A DNA stretch of 64,000 nucleotides from Octopus bimaculoides (taxonomy: Eukaryota): assembly GCF_001194135.2 (NCBI RefSeq), contig NC_069000.1:28526055-28590054 (forward strand). Reading direction: 5' to 3'. The notes beneath the pieces were generated by a model, which ran no database searches, was not told the origin of the DNA, and saw only the letters and a program-made list of their open reading frames with translations. Positions 50,033-62,646 of the stretch are shown here, one piece after another (positions within the stretch are counted from its first letter, which is position 1; every line of letters begins with the position of its first letter). The position numbers were made by a program, and so were the translations under genes.

Positions 50033-51799
50033 CTCTGGTGAAAGAATGAGCATAACATATGTTTGAGCACTCTTTAGTTTTTCTGGAACAAACATGTTAG
50101 TGTTGGTGCCATGCAAAAATGCATCTGGTAAAATTGTTAAAGTGATTGGAGATAGGAAGAATATCCAACAATAGAAACTATATAGTTTTAAGTGATAAAA
50201 AGCTTGCGTCCCAACCATATGATTCTGGATTCAGTCCCACTGCATGGCACCTTGGGCAAGTGTCTTCTACTATAGCCTTGGGCCAACCGGAGCCTTGTGA
50301 GTGGATTTGGTAGTTGGAAACTGAAAGAAGCCTGTTGTATGTGTGTGAGTGTGTATGTTTGTGTCTGTTCCCCTCACCACTGCTTGACAACTGGTGCTCA
50401 TTTGTTTACGTCCCTATAACTTAGCAATTCAACAAAAGAGCTTGACAGAATAAGTACCAGGTTTCAGAAAAACAAATACTGGAGTTGATTCATTTGGTCA
50501 AAAGTTCTTTAAGTCTCCAGCAGGAACTCGGATAATAACAACCGATCCAAATCTGCTACTATGGGAAAGTGAATGTATGATGATAATCATAGACACATAG
50601 ATGGAGAAAACAGAACCATTACAGTATTTCAAATACAAGGCCCTTGAAATTTATTCAATATAGGTGCAGATGTGGCTGCGTGGTACGAAGCTTGCTTCCC
50701 AAACATGTGATTCCAGGTTCAGTTCCACTGCATGGTATCTTGGGCAAGTATCTTCTACTATAGCCCCAGGTCAATCAAAGCCTTGTGAGAGGATCTGGTA
50801 AATGGAAACCAAAAAAAGCCCATTGTATATGTGTGTGTGTTTGTTCCCCCTCCACCACCACTCGGCAACTAATGATAGTGTCTTTATGTCCCTGTAACTT
50901 AGCAGTTTGGCAAAAGAGACCAATAGAATAAGTACCAGGCTTAAAAAAAAGACATAAGTACTGGGATTGATTCATTTGGTTAAAGATTCTTTAAGGTGGT
51001 GCCCCAGCATGGCCACAGTGAAATAAAAAACAAAAATAAAACATTTAAATTTTGTAACCAGTCAGAAACTGGGATTTTATGTTGACTATATTCTCCACCC
51101 TTGTACCACCTCCCACTTAAATAAAAAGGGAAAATATGAAAACAGAAAAATATGTGCCTGGTCAGGATAAATCAGTTATTAATTTAGCAGAGCAAGTTTG
51201 CAATTTTATAAGAGAAATATTTTGTAGCACAAAATGGTTACAATTCTATTGTAAGTAGGAGCTGAAATGGTTCATTAAAAGAATACTATGAACTCAAACT
51301 GAACAACAGCATGAGATGTACTCTTCTAGAAAAATGGTATAATTAATTAAGTTAGATGATGATGATCTAAATGTTGTCTGCTTCTGTGTGATAAGGTAGA
51401 AATAATTCACATCAAGCCATTCTCGTTCACCACAAAATAACTTCCACTTTCACAAAAGATAAAAACAAGGAATATGTCTCCTATAATTAATCAAAGAACT
51501 CAGTGGAACTTGGTGCATACAAAGAGATGGAATTTGTTATCCCAGTAGACATTTTTCAGTATATAATTTTGATTTATTTCTGCTTCCTTCCCACAAGCAT
51601 TTTGGTGTTTTCACTTCTTTTCTTCTCTAATATCCACCTTCCGCCACTTGATTTCCCCCCACCCAATACTTACTTTTTGAGAATAAAATATTTTAAGTCA
51701 CCAGAATGAAATTGTGAAGTCAGATAAAAAAAAAACAGTTTGTGAACAATTCCTCACTTCCCCATTCAGGTTTTAAAGCAGCTTTAGGATTGCCTGTTT

Positions 51800-52110
51800 G
51801 CAAATTTCACTTAACCATAGTTTTAAGATACCTCTTACGGGTGCTCTGAGTCTTGGAGTGTTTTGAGTCTTTTGATATCAGACCCCTTGTCCAGTTGACC
51901 CAGCTGAGGAGGTTGATCAAGTCCCAGCTTGCATCTCAGAAGCAGTAAACCACTGATCTGTCCTCTTTATCAAAAGCCATCTAGTGGTCTTCTCCACAAC
52001 TTCAGTGGAGGAATCTATAGACCTCTTCTCTGCTGCCCGATTAACTTCAAGCTTAGTCAGAACTTTCATGAATGAATGCCCCACAAAACCTTGACATTCC
52101 ACTTCTATTG
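51800..52110 (-). mobile_element. HERO/NeSL-like RLE non-LTR retrotransposon 3' fragment
   Basis: IEVECQGFVGHS..EKTTRWLLIKR (cf. PIEVGCRGF.G.S..AE.ASRWLW.KR). Confidence 0.65.
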
Positions 52111-52229
52111 CCTTGCCACTTTGCCTCCGTGAGGCCCAACGTTTGAAAGGAAATCAGCCGCTTTGCCTCCATGAGGCCTAACACTTGAAAGGAAATATAT
52201 ATGTTTTTAAGTATGTGTATATCTATCTA

Positions 52230-52281
<52 letters not shown>

Positions 52282-52800
52282 NNNNNNNNNNNNNNNNNNN
52301 NNNNNNNNNNNNNNNNNNNNNNNNNNNNNNNNNNNNNNNNNNNNNNNNNNNNNNNNNNNNNNNNNNNNNNNNNNNNNNNNNNNNNNNNNNNNNNNNNNNN
52401 NNNNNNNNNNNNNNNNNNNNNNNNNNNNNNNNNNNNNNNNNNNNNNNNNNNNNNNNNNNNNNNNNNNNNNNNNNNNNNNNNNNNNNNNNNNNNNNNNNNN
52501 NNNNNNNNNNNNNNNNNNNNNNNNNNNNNNNNNNNNNNNNNNNNNNNNNNNNNNNNNNNNNNNNNNNNNNNNNNNNNNNNNNNNNNNNNNNNNNNNNNNN
52601 NNNNNNNNNNNNNNNNNNNNNNNNNNNNNNNNNNNNNNNNNNNNNNNNNNNNNNNNNNNNNNNNNNNNNNNNNNNNNNNNNNNNNNNNNNNNNNNNNNNN
52701 NNNNNNNNNNNNNNNNNNNNNNNNNNNNNNNNNNNNNNNNNNNNNNNNNNNNNNNNNNNNNNNNNNNNNNNNNNNNNNNNNNNNNNNNNNNNNNNNNNNN

Positions 52801-53171
52801 TGGGGCAAGCGAAATCGAAATCGTGATGGCACCTGTGCCCAGCGTCGCCTTTCTGACACTTGTGCCCGCGGCATGTGTAAGGACATTCGAGCGAGATCGT
52901 TGCCAGTGCCCCTGGACTGGCTCTTGTGAGGGTGGCACATAAAATACACCATTTTGAGCGTGGCCGTTGCCAGTACCGCCTGACTGGCCTTCGTGCCGGT
53001 GGCACGTAAAAGCACCCACTACACTCTCTGAGTGGTTGGCGTTAGGAAGGGCATCCAGCTGTAGAAACTCTGCCAAATCAGATTGGAGCCTGGTGTAGCC
53101 ATCTGGTTTCACCAGTCCTCATTCAAATCGTCCAACCCATGCTGGCATAGAAAGTGGACGTTAAACGACGA

Positions 53172-53176
<5 letters not shown>
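52801..53176 (+). mobile_element. Young RTE-type LINE 3' UTR (CpG-rich, 5' part lost in a gap)
   Basis: Near-identical to 33945-34310; ends gttaaacgacgatgat. Confidence 0.85.
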
Positions 53177-53214
<38 letters not shown>

Positions 53215-53275
53215 TACACATATATATAAGAAAGGAGATGACAAAGGAATAATTGATTAGCTTATGAACTATGTT

Positions 53276-53356
53276 AGCTTACAGCTGTTTCCACTATAAG
53301 ATGTAGTGACCTCATAGCTGAGTGCCTGAATAACACATTACAGTTTCATCAGAGCC
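53276..53356 (-). ncRNA. Type-I hammerhead ribozyme motif with extended stem II
   Basis: GGCT-CTGATGA-A-ACTGTAA...TTATAGT-G-GAAA-CAGCTG-TA-AGCT: intact core, 4-bp stem I (one G.U), 7-bp stem II above an A.G mismatch, palindromic ACAGCTGT. Confidence 0.6.
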
Positions 53357-53650
53357 TCAAACATAAAACGCTTCAATCCGGCATGAAGGTGTTGGTAGAA
53401 ATTCCATACAGTGTTTTCAGTTCACACACACACATATATATGATTAAAAATACACATTAAGTACAGGACCTCACCAGTGAGTGGAAAATACATACACACA
53501 CATGAGTTAAGTACAGGACAAAAGCAAAGAATACTAAAAAAAATACACAATAAGTATAGGATATCACCAACGAGTGAAAAATATGTAAACACACAGAGAT
53601 AAGTACAGAACAAAATACCAAAGGAAGTCTAACTCCTCCTCAGTTGTCGA

Positions 53651-53710
53651 CTGTTTATTACTACCTGTTTCGAGCTTTCAACAACAAGACAGGAAAGCTT
53701 CATAAGACAG
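53651..53710 (-). ncRNA. Degenerate hammerhead-like motif
   Basis: CTGT-CTTATGA-AGCTTTC-(13 nt)-GAAAGCT-C-GAAA-CAGGTAG-TA-ATAAACAG: one core substitution and weak stems I and III. Confidence 0.35.
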
Positions 53711-55274
53711 CAGCATCCAGAAATTTTAGAAATATAAAATTTATGGAGAGTTAGGGCTTCGAATGAACAAATGACACCAGAGTAGACATACAGAGTAACA
53801 ATCAACAAAGACAGACATTAAGGGCCATTAGGCCAAGACAGATTGTAATGGGTAATGCCTGGGAAAATTTTTTAAAGGATATAGAATAAATAGAAGAGAA
53901 AAAATAGGGAATGAGAAAAAAATTTCGAGAGGTGAGAGAAATTACGTCCAGCTGGCTAATGACAAAAAGAGAAATTCAAATTGGTAATATGGTCATTTCA
54001 ATAAATGAACATTTAAAAAAATTCTATACCACATATATAGATATGCAATAAATACAATATAAATAATGTCTTTTAGCTTTTACTTGATTGAGTCATTAGA
54101 CTGCGGCCGTGATGGGGCACCATTCTGAATTTTTAGTTACATGACTTATTTTTTCAGGCATGCAAACACACCAACACTGGTTGTCAAGTAATAAGGGGTG
54201 GGTGGGGGCAAACACAGACACAAAGATACACATATGGATATATATACGATGGGCTTCTTTCAGTTTCCATCTACCAAATCTACACACAAGCTTTGGTTGG
54301 CCTGATGATATAGTAGAAAACATTTTCCTAAGGTGCCATGCAGTGGGATTGAACCTGGAATCATGTGACTGGGAAGCAAGCTTCTTACCACATAGCCACT
54401 ATTATTATTATTATTAAGGCAGCAAGCTGGCAGAATTGTCAGCACATTGGGTGAAATGCTTAGTGGTATTTCATCTGCTGCTACATTCTGACTTCAAATT
54501 CCGCTGAGGTCGACTTTGCCTTTCATCCTTTTGGGGTTGATAAATTAAGTACCAGTTGTGTGCTGGGGTTGATGAGTTCAACTGACCTCTTCCTCAAAAT
54601 ATCCAGGCCTTGTGCCTTTAGTAGAAAGGATTATCATTATTATTATTGTTCATTCACCTTGTTGGACATCGTTTTTTTGATACACGACTTGCAATACTTG
54701 TAAACAAGTCTCACAATCATACAAGCAGTGTTGTCTTCAATCTTCAGTAAAAACAGGTCAGGCCATGGGGGAAATTGCTTTACTTGGAAAGAGGTAAGAG
54801 TTAGTAACTGCAAGAGCATCCAGCAGTAGAAAATGTGACTTAATGAATTCTGTCTCATCAATGCAAGCATGGAAAAGTGAACATTAAAATGATGACAACA
54901 CAAAAACACACACACAAACACATTTAGATACATACACATACCCATATGTATATATATAGACACATACATACATACACAAGCATACTTCATACAAATACAC
55001 ATATATATGTATGTATGTTTTCACACAAAGAAGCAAGAGAGAGATGGATGGGGAGATTGCAATGCTAACACGATGCCAGTGGCAACCCAAATGCCCCTTC
55101 ATTAGCCAGAAATGTCACTTCTCATTAATGTCTGCTAGGCATGAATAATGTTGCCCAGCCAGTTCTTTAACCATTATTAATGCTTAATGCCCAGCTAACT
55201 GATATAATATAGTTTGCACCATACTTCCTTCTCCACTTTTCTTCTATCTCACTGTTTCTCATTAAGTATATCTA

Positions 55275-55380
<106 letters not shown>

Positions 55381-56096
55381 CACACAAGTACACAAGTGTG
55401 AGTGCATATTAAAAATGTGTGTGTGTGTGTCTTACTGGTTAGGATGTTCTGCTCATGATTATAAGATTGTGGTTTTGATTCCTGGACCAGGCCATGAATT
55501 GTGTTCTTGAGCAAAATATTTCATTTCACATTGTGCTATGGCTGTGTGATAGAAAGCTTGCTTCCCAACCACATGGTTCCAGGTTCAGTCCCACTTGGGC
55601 AAGTGTCTTTAGCTATATCCTCAGGCCAACCAAAGCTTTGAGNNNNNNNNNNNNNNNNNNNNNNNNNNNNNNNNNNNNNNNNNNNNNNNNNNNNNNNNNN
55701 NNNNNNNNNNNNNNNNNNNNNNNTGTGTGTGTGTGTGTGTGTGTATGCATGTATGTATCAATGTGTGTGTCTCTTTTTGTCCCCCCCCCCCATCACTGCT
55801 TGATAACTGGTGATGGTGAGTTTACATCCATGCAACTTAGTGGTTTGGCAAAAGAGATTGATAGAATAAGTACTAAGCCTAATAATAAAAATGCCCTGGG
55901 ATTGATTTCTTCGACTGAAAAGCCCTTCAAAGTGGTGCTCCAGCATGGCCACAGTCAAATGACTGAAGTAAAAGAATAATTTTGTAACAGATTGGCATCT
56001 CACCCAGGGGGAATACATATGCCACAGAATGCAGAAAACTGGCCTTATGAGCCTGTGATTTTGGAAGGATCTGACCCTTATAAAGTCTGTCATACC

Positions 56097-56136
56097 GGCC
56101 ATGACGAAGGGAAATAGCCCTGAAACTCGAGTCGCC
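56097..56136 (+). ncRNA. Minimal type-I hammerhead motif with a 1-nt core insertion
   Basis: GGC-C(A)TGACGA-AGGG-AAATAG-CCCT-GAAA-CTCGAG-TC-GCC; palindromic ACTCGAGT; followed by a T/A-rich tract as in PLE pseudo-LTRs. Confidence 0.55.
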
Positions 56137-56427
56137 TTTATATATTTATATTTTTATATTTATATATTTGATCCTTTATATTGAACACTCAATATTTCAT
56201 CTACATTCAATACTTTCTTTCATGGTGCCATCCATTTTTATTTTATTTTATATATTGTATATTATATTATATATTGTATATTCCATATTCTATACCCCAC
56301 ATTGGTTCTGCAGGAATATAAATAAAATATAAAAAACAAACAGTGTTGGAACTCTTTTAAACAAAATAATATATTCCTCTATACACAATCATACAAAAAA
56401 CCCACCTTTTTTGTACTTATTTTTACT

Positions 56428-56474
<47 letters not shown>

Positions 56475-56599
56475 ATGTATGTATGGGTCAGGATTTTCTG
56501 GGGAGGGGGACAGTTGATCACATCAACCTCAGTACTCAACTGGTACTTAATTTATCGACCCCGAAAGGATGAAAGGCAAAGTTGACCTCGGCAGAATTT

Positions 56600-58560
56600 G
56601 AACTCAATGAGTTTAAAGACACCAGAAACACATGCCAATCTCAACTGAAGCAAATGAAACAGATATGGTGGCAAAGGAAGGCACAAGAATTGCAAGATGT
56701 TGCGGATAGATGTGACTCCAGGTCATTCTACCAGAATTTAAAGAGTGTTTTTGGACCTGTATCTTGTGGCTTAACTCCCATACTTTCAACTGTGGGTAAT
56801 CTACTGACAGACAAAAAGTGCTGGGCAGGGCACTTTTCAAATGTTCAGAATATGAACTGAATTGTTGATGAAGAACTGATCATCAACCTACCACAAAGAC
56901 CTGTCCTTGAAGAACTGTCAGTTGCTCCATCTAATGCTGAAATAAAAAAAAAAGGCCATAAAACAGCTCATGAATGGAAAGTTGTCTAGGAATAATGGCA
57001 TCCCAGCTGATATATATAAATGTGGTAGCAGTTTCGTGCTGAACGTTTCTCCTTAATATGGAAATCAGGAACAGTCCCACAGGAGTTCAATGACGCTTCT
57101 ATTGTCCATCTTTATAAGCACAAAGGTAACAAATATGCATGTGACAACCATAGAGGTATCTCCCTTTTGTGTGTTGTAGGGAAGATCCTTCAAAGGGTTT
57201 ATTTGATAGACTAAATGATGCCCTTGCCAGCTTAGTGTTGCCTGAATCTCAGTGTGGATTTTGGGCTGGTAGAGGCTCAGTGGATATGATTTTTAGCCTA
57301 AGGCAGCTGCAGAAAAAGGCTTGTGAGCACAACCGAGACCTTTTTGCCACTTTTGTAGATCTAAGTAAAGCTTTCAACACCATATCTAGGGATGCTCCTT
57401 GGGTTGTCCTTAGAAAGCTAGGTTATCCCATAACTAAGTGTCCAACTCATTCGCAGTCTCAAATGGGACAAAACAAAGTTGTGTTCTTGCACCACTTTTA
57501 TTTGCTTTGTATTTTTCAATCATGTTGAAAACAGCGTTTGAGGATATTAAAGAAGGCGTAAAGTTTGAGTATAGAACTGGTGGTGGCTTGTTCAACCAAC
57601 TTTAAAGCAAAAACTAAGACTTTGGTGCAAACAATTTGAGATTTGCACTCCGCAGATGATTCTTCTGCACTTGTAGCACACACTCTTGAAGACATGCAAT
57701 GGATTCTAAACACTTTCTCATGTGCATTGAAGGCCTTTGGTCTGACCATCAGCATCAAGAAAACTGAGCTTGTCCATCAGTTCATTCGTGACCATCTCCC
57801 TGCTATTGCTCCTATTGTATATGTTGATGGGAAAGCATTAAAAACTGTTTCCTCCTTCACTTATCTTGGTTCCATTGTGTCCAATGATGTGAAGATAGAT
57901 AAAGAAATCGAGTCCAGAATCAGGAAGTTTAGCTCCGCTTTTGGTAAGCTTTATCACAGACTATAGAACAGCCATAACATATTGTTGAAGGTGAAAGTTA
58001 ATGTAAAAAAGTCAGTGGTCTTGACAACATTGCTTTATGGTGCTGAATCTTGGACTTGTACCAAAAGCACATCAAGCAGCTTGATGCTTTTCATATGCAA
58101 TGCTTGCGTACTATCTCCAACATAAAACCAAACGACTGTCTTCATAACAGTGAGGTACTTACAAAATGCAACATATCAGGTATTGAAGCCATCCTCATCA
58201 AAATACAACTTAGATGGTCAGGTCAATTCTCATGTATTAGTGATATCAGAATTCTGAAGCAACTTCTCTTTGGCCAATTCCCAACAGGAAGGTCAGTTGG
58301 AAGGCCACTCTTACTCTTCAAAGACAAACTAAAAGACAATCTGGAATGATGCAACATACTCTTTCTTCCTGGGAAGCCCTGCTTCTCTTCAGTTCAAAAA
58401 TTTGAGCCAAAGTTGACTCCAACACTGGGACCAACTTCGTGCAAGCATGAAGTCATACTGGTAAAATACTGCTCCTCTAAATGGAAACCATACCTGTCAT
58501 TGTGGTTTTGTGGCATGAAGCAAAGAAGGCCTAGCTGTCCACTCAAGAAAACACATTGTA
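56600..58560 (+). mobile_element. RTE-BovB-type LINE, 5'-truncated and decayed
   Basis: WWQRKAQELQDVADRCDSRSFYQNLKSVFGP, VLPESQCGFWAGRGSVDMIFSLRQLQ, FVDLSKAF, SADD, FTYLGS, LRWSGQ..LKQLLFGQ..RSVGRP. Confidence 0.92.
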
Positions 58561-58934
58561 AATAATCCACAACCTGCCTTTAATTTTGAAAGAGAGGCTT
58601 TTGTTACCAACAAAGGTAAAAATTCTCTGAACTTTCTCTGGCCAATTTTTCTATTCTTGTACCTATACTTTCAGAGCATCCAACTCCACTACTAACTGGG
58701 TCACCTAAATAACAGATATTATCTACTGCTTCTAGGGAGCCCCCTGGGTATTTCAGAACATCTATTTCTTGTGTGCTCTTATTATTTATTGCAGCTGCTC
58801 ATCTGCCAGAAACAAAATCTATTTTCTCTGTTAACTATCTTGTGAGTTCACTGCACTTCTTATGTATCCATAGTTTGTACAGAGCACAGCATATGGGATT
58901 TCTACCAACCCCTTTGTGCCAAGTTGAAGACATG

Positions 58935-58974
<40 letters not shown>

Positions 58975-59228
58975 TCTTCTCTTCTTAATCCTTTTTGCCC
59001 CTTGTGGAGGATAGGGCCTCCTGGTTTCAATGGCATATGTGTTCTCCAGCTGGACGGGATGCCAGTCCATCGCAGCATTACTCATTTTTGCCAGCTGAGT
59101 GGACTGGAGCAATGTGAAATGAAATGTTTTGCTCAAGAACACAACGCGTCAACCAGTCCAGGAAATGAAATCACAATCTTACGATTATGATGCTGTGACA
59201 CCCTAACCACTAAGCCACGTGCCTCCAC

Positions 59229-59259
<31 letters not shown>

Positions 59260-59309
59260 TTGTTTAAAATAATAATAATAATAATAATAGTAATAAAAAA
59301 GCCTTCCCA

Positions 59310-59893
59310 CCAGAAACTACCAAAAACATAATGAAAGAAATACAACTGCAGAATATGTGGTGATGGAGAAGAAACAAATCATTTTCTCTGGCTGCCCAGT
59401 CCTGGCTAAGAAAGAATATATTCATAGACATGACAGAGTTGGGACCTATGTACACTGGAAGCTATGCCAACACTATGGAATAACAACAACAAAAAAGATG
59501 GTATAAGAACACGCCAGAAAAGGTCACAGAAAGCAACCATACTCTGGGATATGCTAATACTAACAGATAGAGAAATTAAGGCCAATAAGCCAGATATAGT
59601 TGTCAGAGATCACCAAGAAAAAAATATTGATACCAACAGATGACAATGTTTCTCTAAAAGAAATGGAGAAATTTTCAAAATACAAAAATCTGGAAAGAGA
59701 GGTAACTTGAATGTCAGAAACAATTCCTATCATAGTAGGTGCATTAGGTATGATAAAAAAATATTCATACAGATACATAACAAAAACACCAGGACTAACA
59801 AGTATATATAACATACAGAAAATAGCACTATTGGGCACCACACACATCCTGCACTCAGTAGTGCAATGAAAGCATGTGATAAAAATAAGACTA

Positions 59894-59896
<3 letters not shown>
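59310..59896 (+). mobile_element. R4/Dong-clade RLE retrotransposon 3' fragment with (AAT)n tail
   Basis: CRICGDGEET..SGCPVLAKKEYIHRHDRVG..HWKLC..ILWD..TDREIKANKPDIVV; followed by (AAT)n at about 59897-59931. Confidence 0.85.
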
Positions 59897-59935
<39 letters not shown>

Positions 59936-60487
59936 GTTCACTTTTTGATACTTTCATGAGTCTGATAAAATTTATTGAGGCAGATTTCTATGGCAGGATG
60001 CTCTCTCTGACTACAACCCTTACCTGTTCCAAGTAAGGTAGTATTTTCCCATGATTACGTGTTTTCAGAAAATATTAAAATTGAACAAAACTCTTTGCAT
60101 AATGGTGACACTTGTTTAAATAATCACATGATGTCAAGACACGGAGACAGTAAACACACACAGACACATATATTTACATATACATATATACAACAGGTGC
60201 TTATCAGTTTCCATCTATCAAATCCACTCATAGGCTTTGATCAGCCTGAGGCTGTACTGGAAGACACTTGCCCAAGATGTGAAGCAAACTTCTTACCTCA
60301 CAGCCTGGCCTGCACCTACTATAGCTCATATGTACGTACGTACGTACGTATACATTTCAAATTTTGTAAGTTAAACTAGCCAGTCCAGATTCCACCTATG
60401 TGGATACTGTAACAACAATTTGGAGTGGTTTGTTATGTTTGACATGAGTTGAAAAATTCTAGTACCATGCATCATTCTTAGCATAAC

Positions 60488-60532
<45 letters not shown>

Positions 60533-61229
60533 TCCAAAAGTGAGAGGCCAATAAGATTTTATTCCATATGGCTACAACTGTTACGTAATTCACTTTCAGT
60601 TATATCATTGACTCTCATTCAAATGTACGTACACATCATATACACTTCACATACACAGTATATACACATATATATATAAATGAAATAAATATTCCTATTC
60701 TGATGGCTAAAGTCAGGAACTTTAGACACAACCGGCAATCCTTGTCACACATTGCACTGTTGAGTTGCACTTGTACACTAAGCCAGGATCTTTCTCATCC
60801 AGGTCTTGATGCCATGACTCCATCTTTATTGTGAAGAAGCCCATTTTCTGTCTTCCGAAGGCCCAAAAATGCAAGCACATGGAATGTGACCAGCCAAAAT
60901 ATTGCAGATTTTGACATTTTGACCACCCCCCTGCTCCATGCACACACACACACAAACACACACAAATGTTAATTTTGTTTTTGTTTTTATATCTGTCATT
61001 TTTCTAATGTTAGGATGGTTTCGATGAATATACTATATGTTTTATAATCAGATGCTCTTCTTGCCAATAACCCTTACTTGTTTTTCAAGTATGGGATCTC
61101 TTATTCCACAATTCTTCAAAAGAGCAGAACTACATAAGAAGGCTTTCTTCCCTGTCAGCAGCCTATAATCTGATAAAACTTATGGGTTGATAGTGTACAC
61201 CTTACAGACAGAACTCTTAACTGTTGTAT

Positions 61230-61720
61230 TTCTGCATTTAGAACAGCCTGTTATCTTTCTTGCTAACTAAAAATTTTTTAATTGGCAAATTTACATCGAG
61301 GCTTCCTGATTCTAGGTTTCGTTTCCCTGTTAGTAATTCTCAAAATCTTAGATAAATTAAGTCATAAGAAATAGATTGCTGGCATATATGAGTTCCTACA
61401 GACAGAACTCGTTGATCTTACCTTGCTGACAGTATTTCTAAGCTATTCATAAACACCTAATTTTCTTAGTGACCATCAGATTATAGAATGTGGAACCTTA
61501 TCCAAAACATTCTCCATCTTCTTTTGTAGTTGTTTCTCAAAGAAGATGGCATCAGTTGTAGCCTATCCAAAGCAGAAACCTGAATAACATTTCATCTAAA
61601 TTAATTCACTTTTTAAATAATTGTTATCTTCATAACTTGGTTTAATCAATTTGATATTTCTATAGTTGCTTCTTTCTACAGCATTGCTTTAATCTTATTT
61701 CAAATTTCCTGCAGGAAGGA
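61230..61720 (-). mobile_element. Decayed RTE-clade RT fragment
   Basis: Relics of NYRNIKLI..INLDEM.F.F..G..TTDAIF..KQLQ..DKVP..I.WSLRKLGV..ELIYA. Confidence 0.65.
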
Positions 61721-62646
61721 CATATCAATAAAGAATTGTGTATGTATGTGTAAGAGGGAGACTGTGTGCACATGGAAGCATACATGTCTGTATCTGTATG
61801 CAAGTGTACCAGTGTGCATATATCTGTCTAAGGTATCTATGGTGGCATGAATACCGTTTTGTGTGTGTCTCAGAGCATATCAGTCTGTTAGAATTGTGTA
61901 TGTGTGCATGTTTTTCGATATAGCTGCCTGTATATGAGTTTTTGTATGCTTAATATGAGATAATTGTTCTCACTTGAATAACACATTCTTAGTTTTTTGT
62001 TTTTCTCTCCAAATTGAGATATGTTGCCTTAAAATATTTACAAGTATTGTTGGCCCCCAAGGCAGTCTGATAGGGCAGGCTCATGATGAAAGCCTTCCAG
62101 CCTTTTTGTATATCAGTGACTCCATTTTCTAATGTATGCTTCCACATGACTGACTCCAATGCCATGTATGTATTATGTATGCATAAACTGGAAGCGATGA
62201 CACCGGAAATTCAGACAACATATTTTTAATATATCAAGTAATTGGTTCTAAGTTGAAATTAGTAAAGTACGCAAGCACATACAGTCATTCATACACAACT
62301 ACACATACATTCATTCACACACAGTTACATGCACGTAGTTTGATTCTTAAGTTTTCCTTTTATAAGTGGCTTTACTTCATGCCCAGAGACGAACTTTGGT
62401 ATTCCTGGGCCTCTTCATGCCACCGATGTTATCTAAGGGAAAGGCTGATACAGCTTGGCACAAATGACGTTGCAACTCATTGAACTGGAGCAACATGAAA
62501 TAAAGTGTTTTGCTCAAGAATATGACACACAACCTGGTCCAGGAATTAAACTCATTACTTCATGATTGTGATTCCGACGCTCTAACCAATGAGCCATTCA
62601 CCTCCACATGTTATGTATCTATCTATCTATATATTTATATAACTGT

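Noticed and set aside
51855-51886. Hammerhead-like GGGGTCTGATATCAAAAGACTCAAAACACTCC at the HERO-like 3' end (minus)
   Set aside because: Core reads CUGAUAU and AAAA, with no stem III or UH; treated as an ordinary 3' UTR stem-loop.
22128-53112. Long ORFs in the track (e.g. 22140-23294, 38136-38690, 49547-50218, 52185-53112)
   Set aside because: They are open only because they run through N gaps and microsatellites.
60795-60917. 40-aa minus-strand ORF with a signal-peptide-like start (MSKSAIFWLVTFHVLAFLGL) as first exon of the IgSF gene
   Set aside because: Ends in a stop with only a weak phase-0 donor (GGA|gtcatg), incompatible with the phase-1 Ig exon; likely chance.
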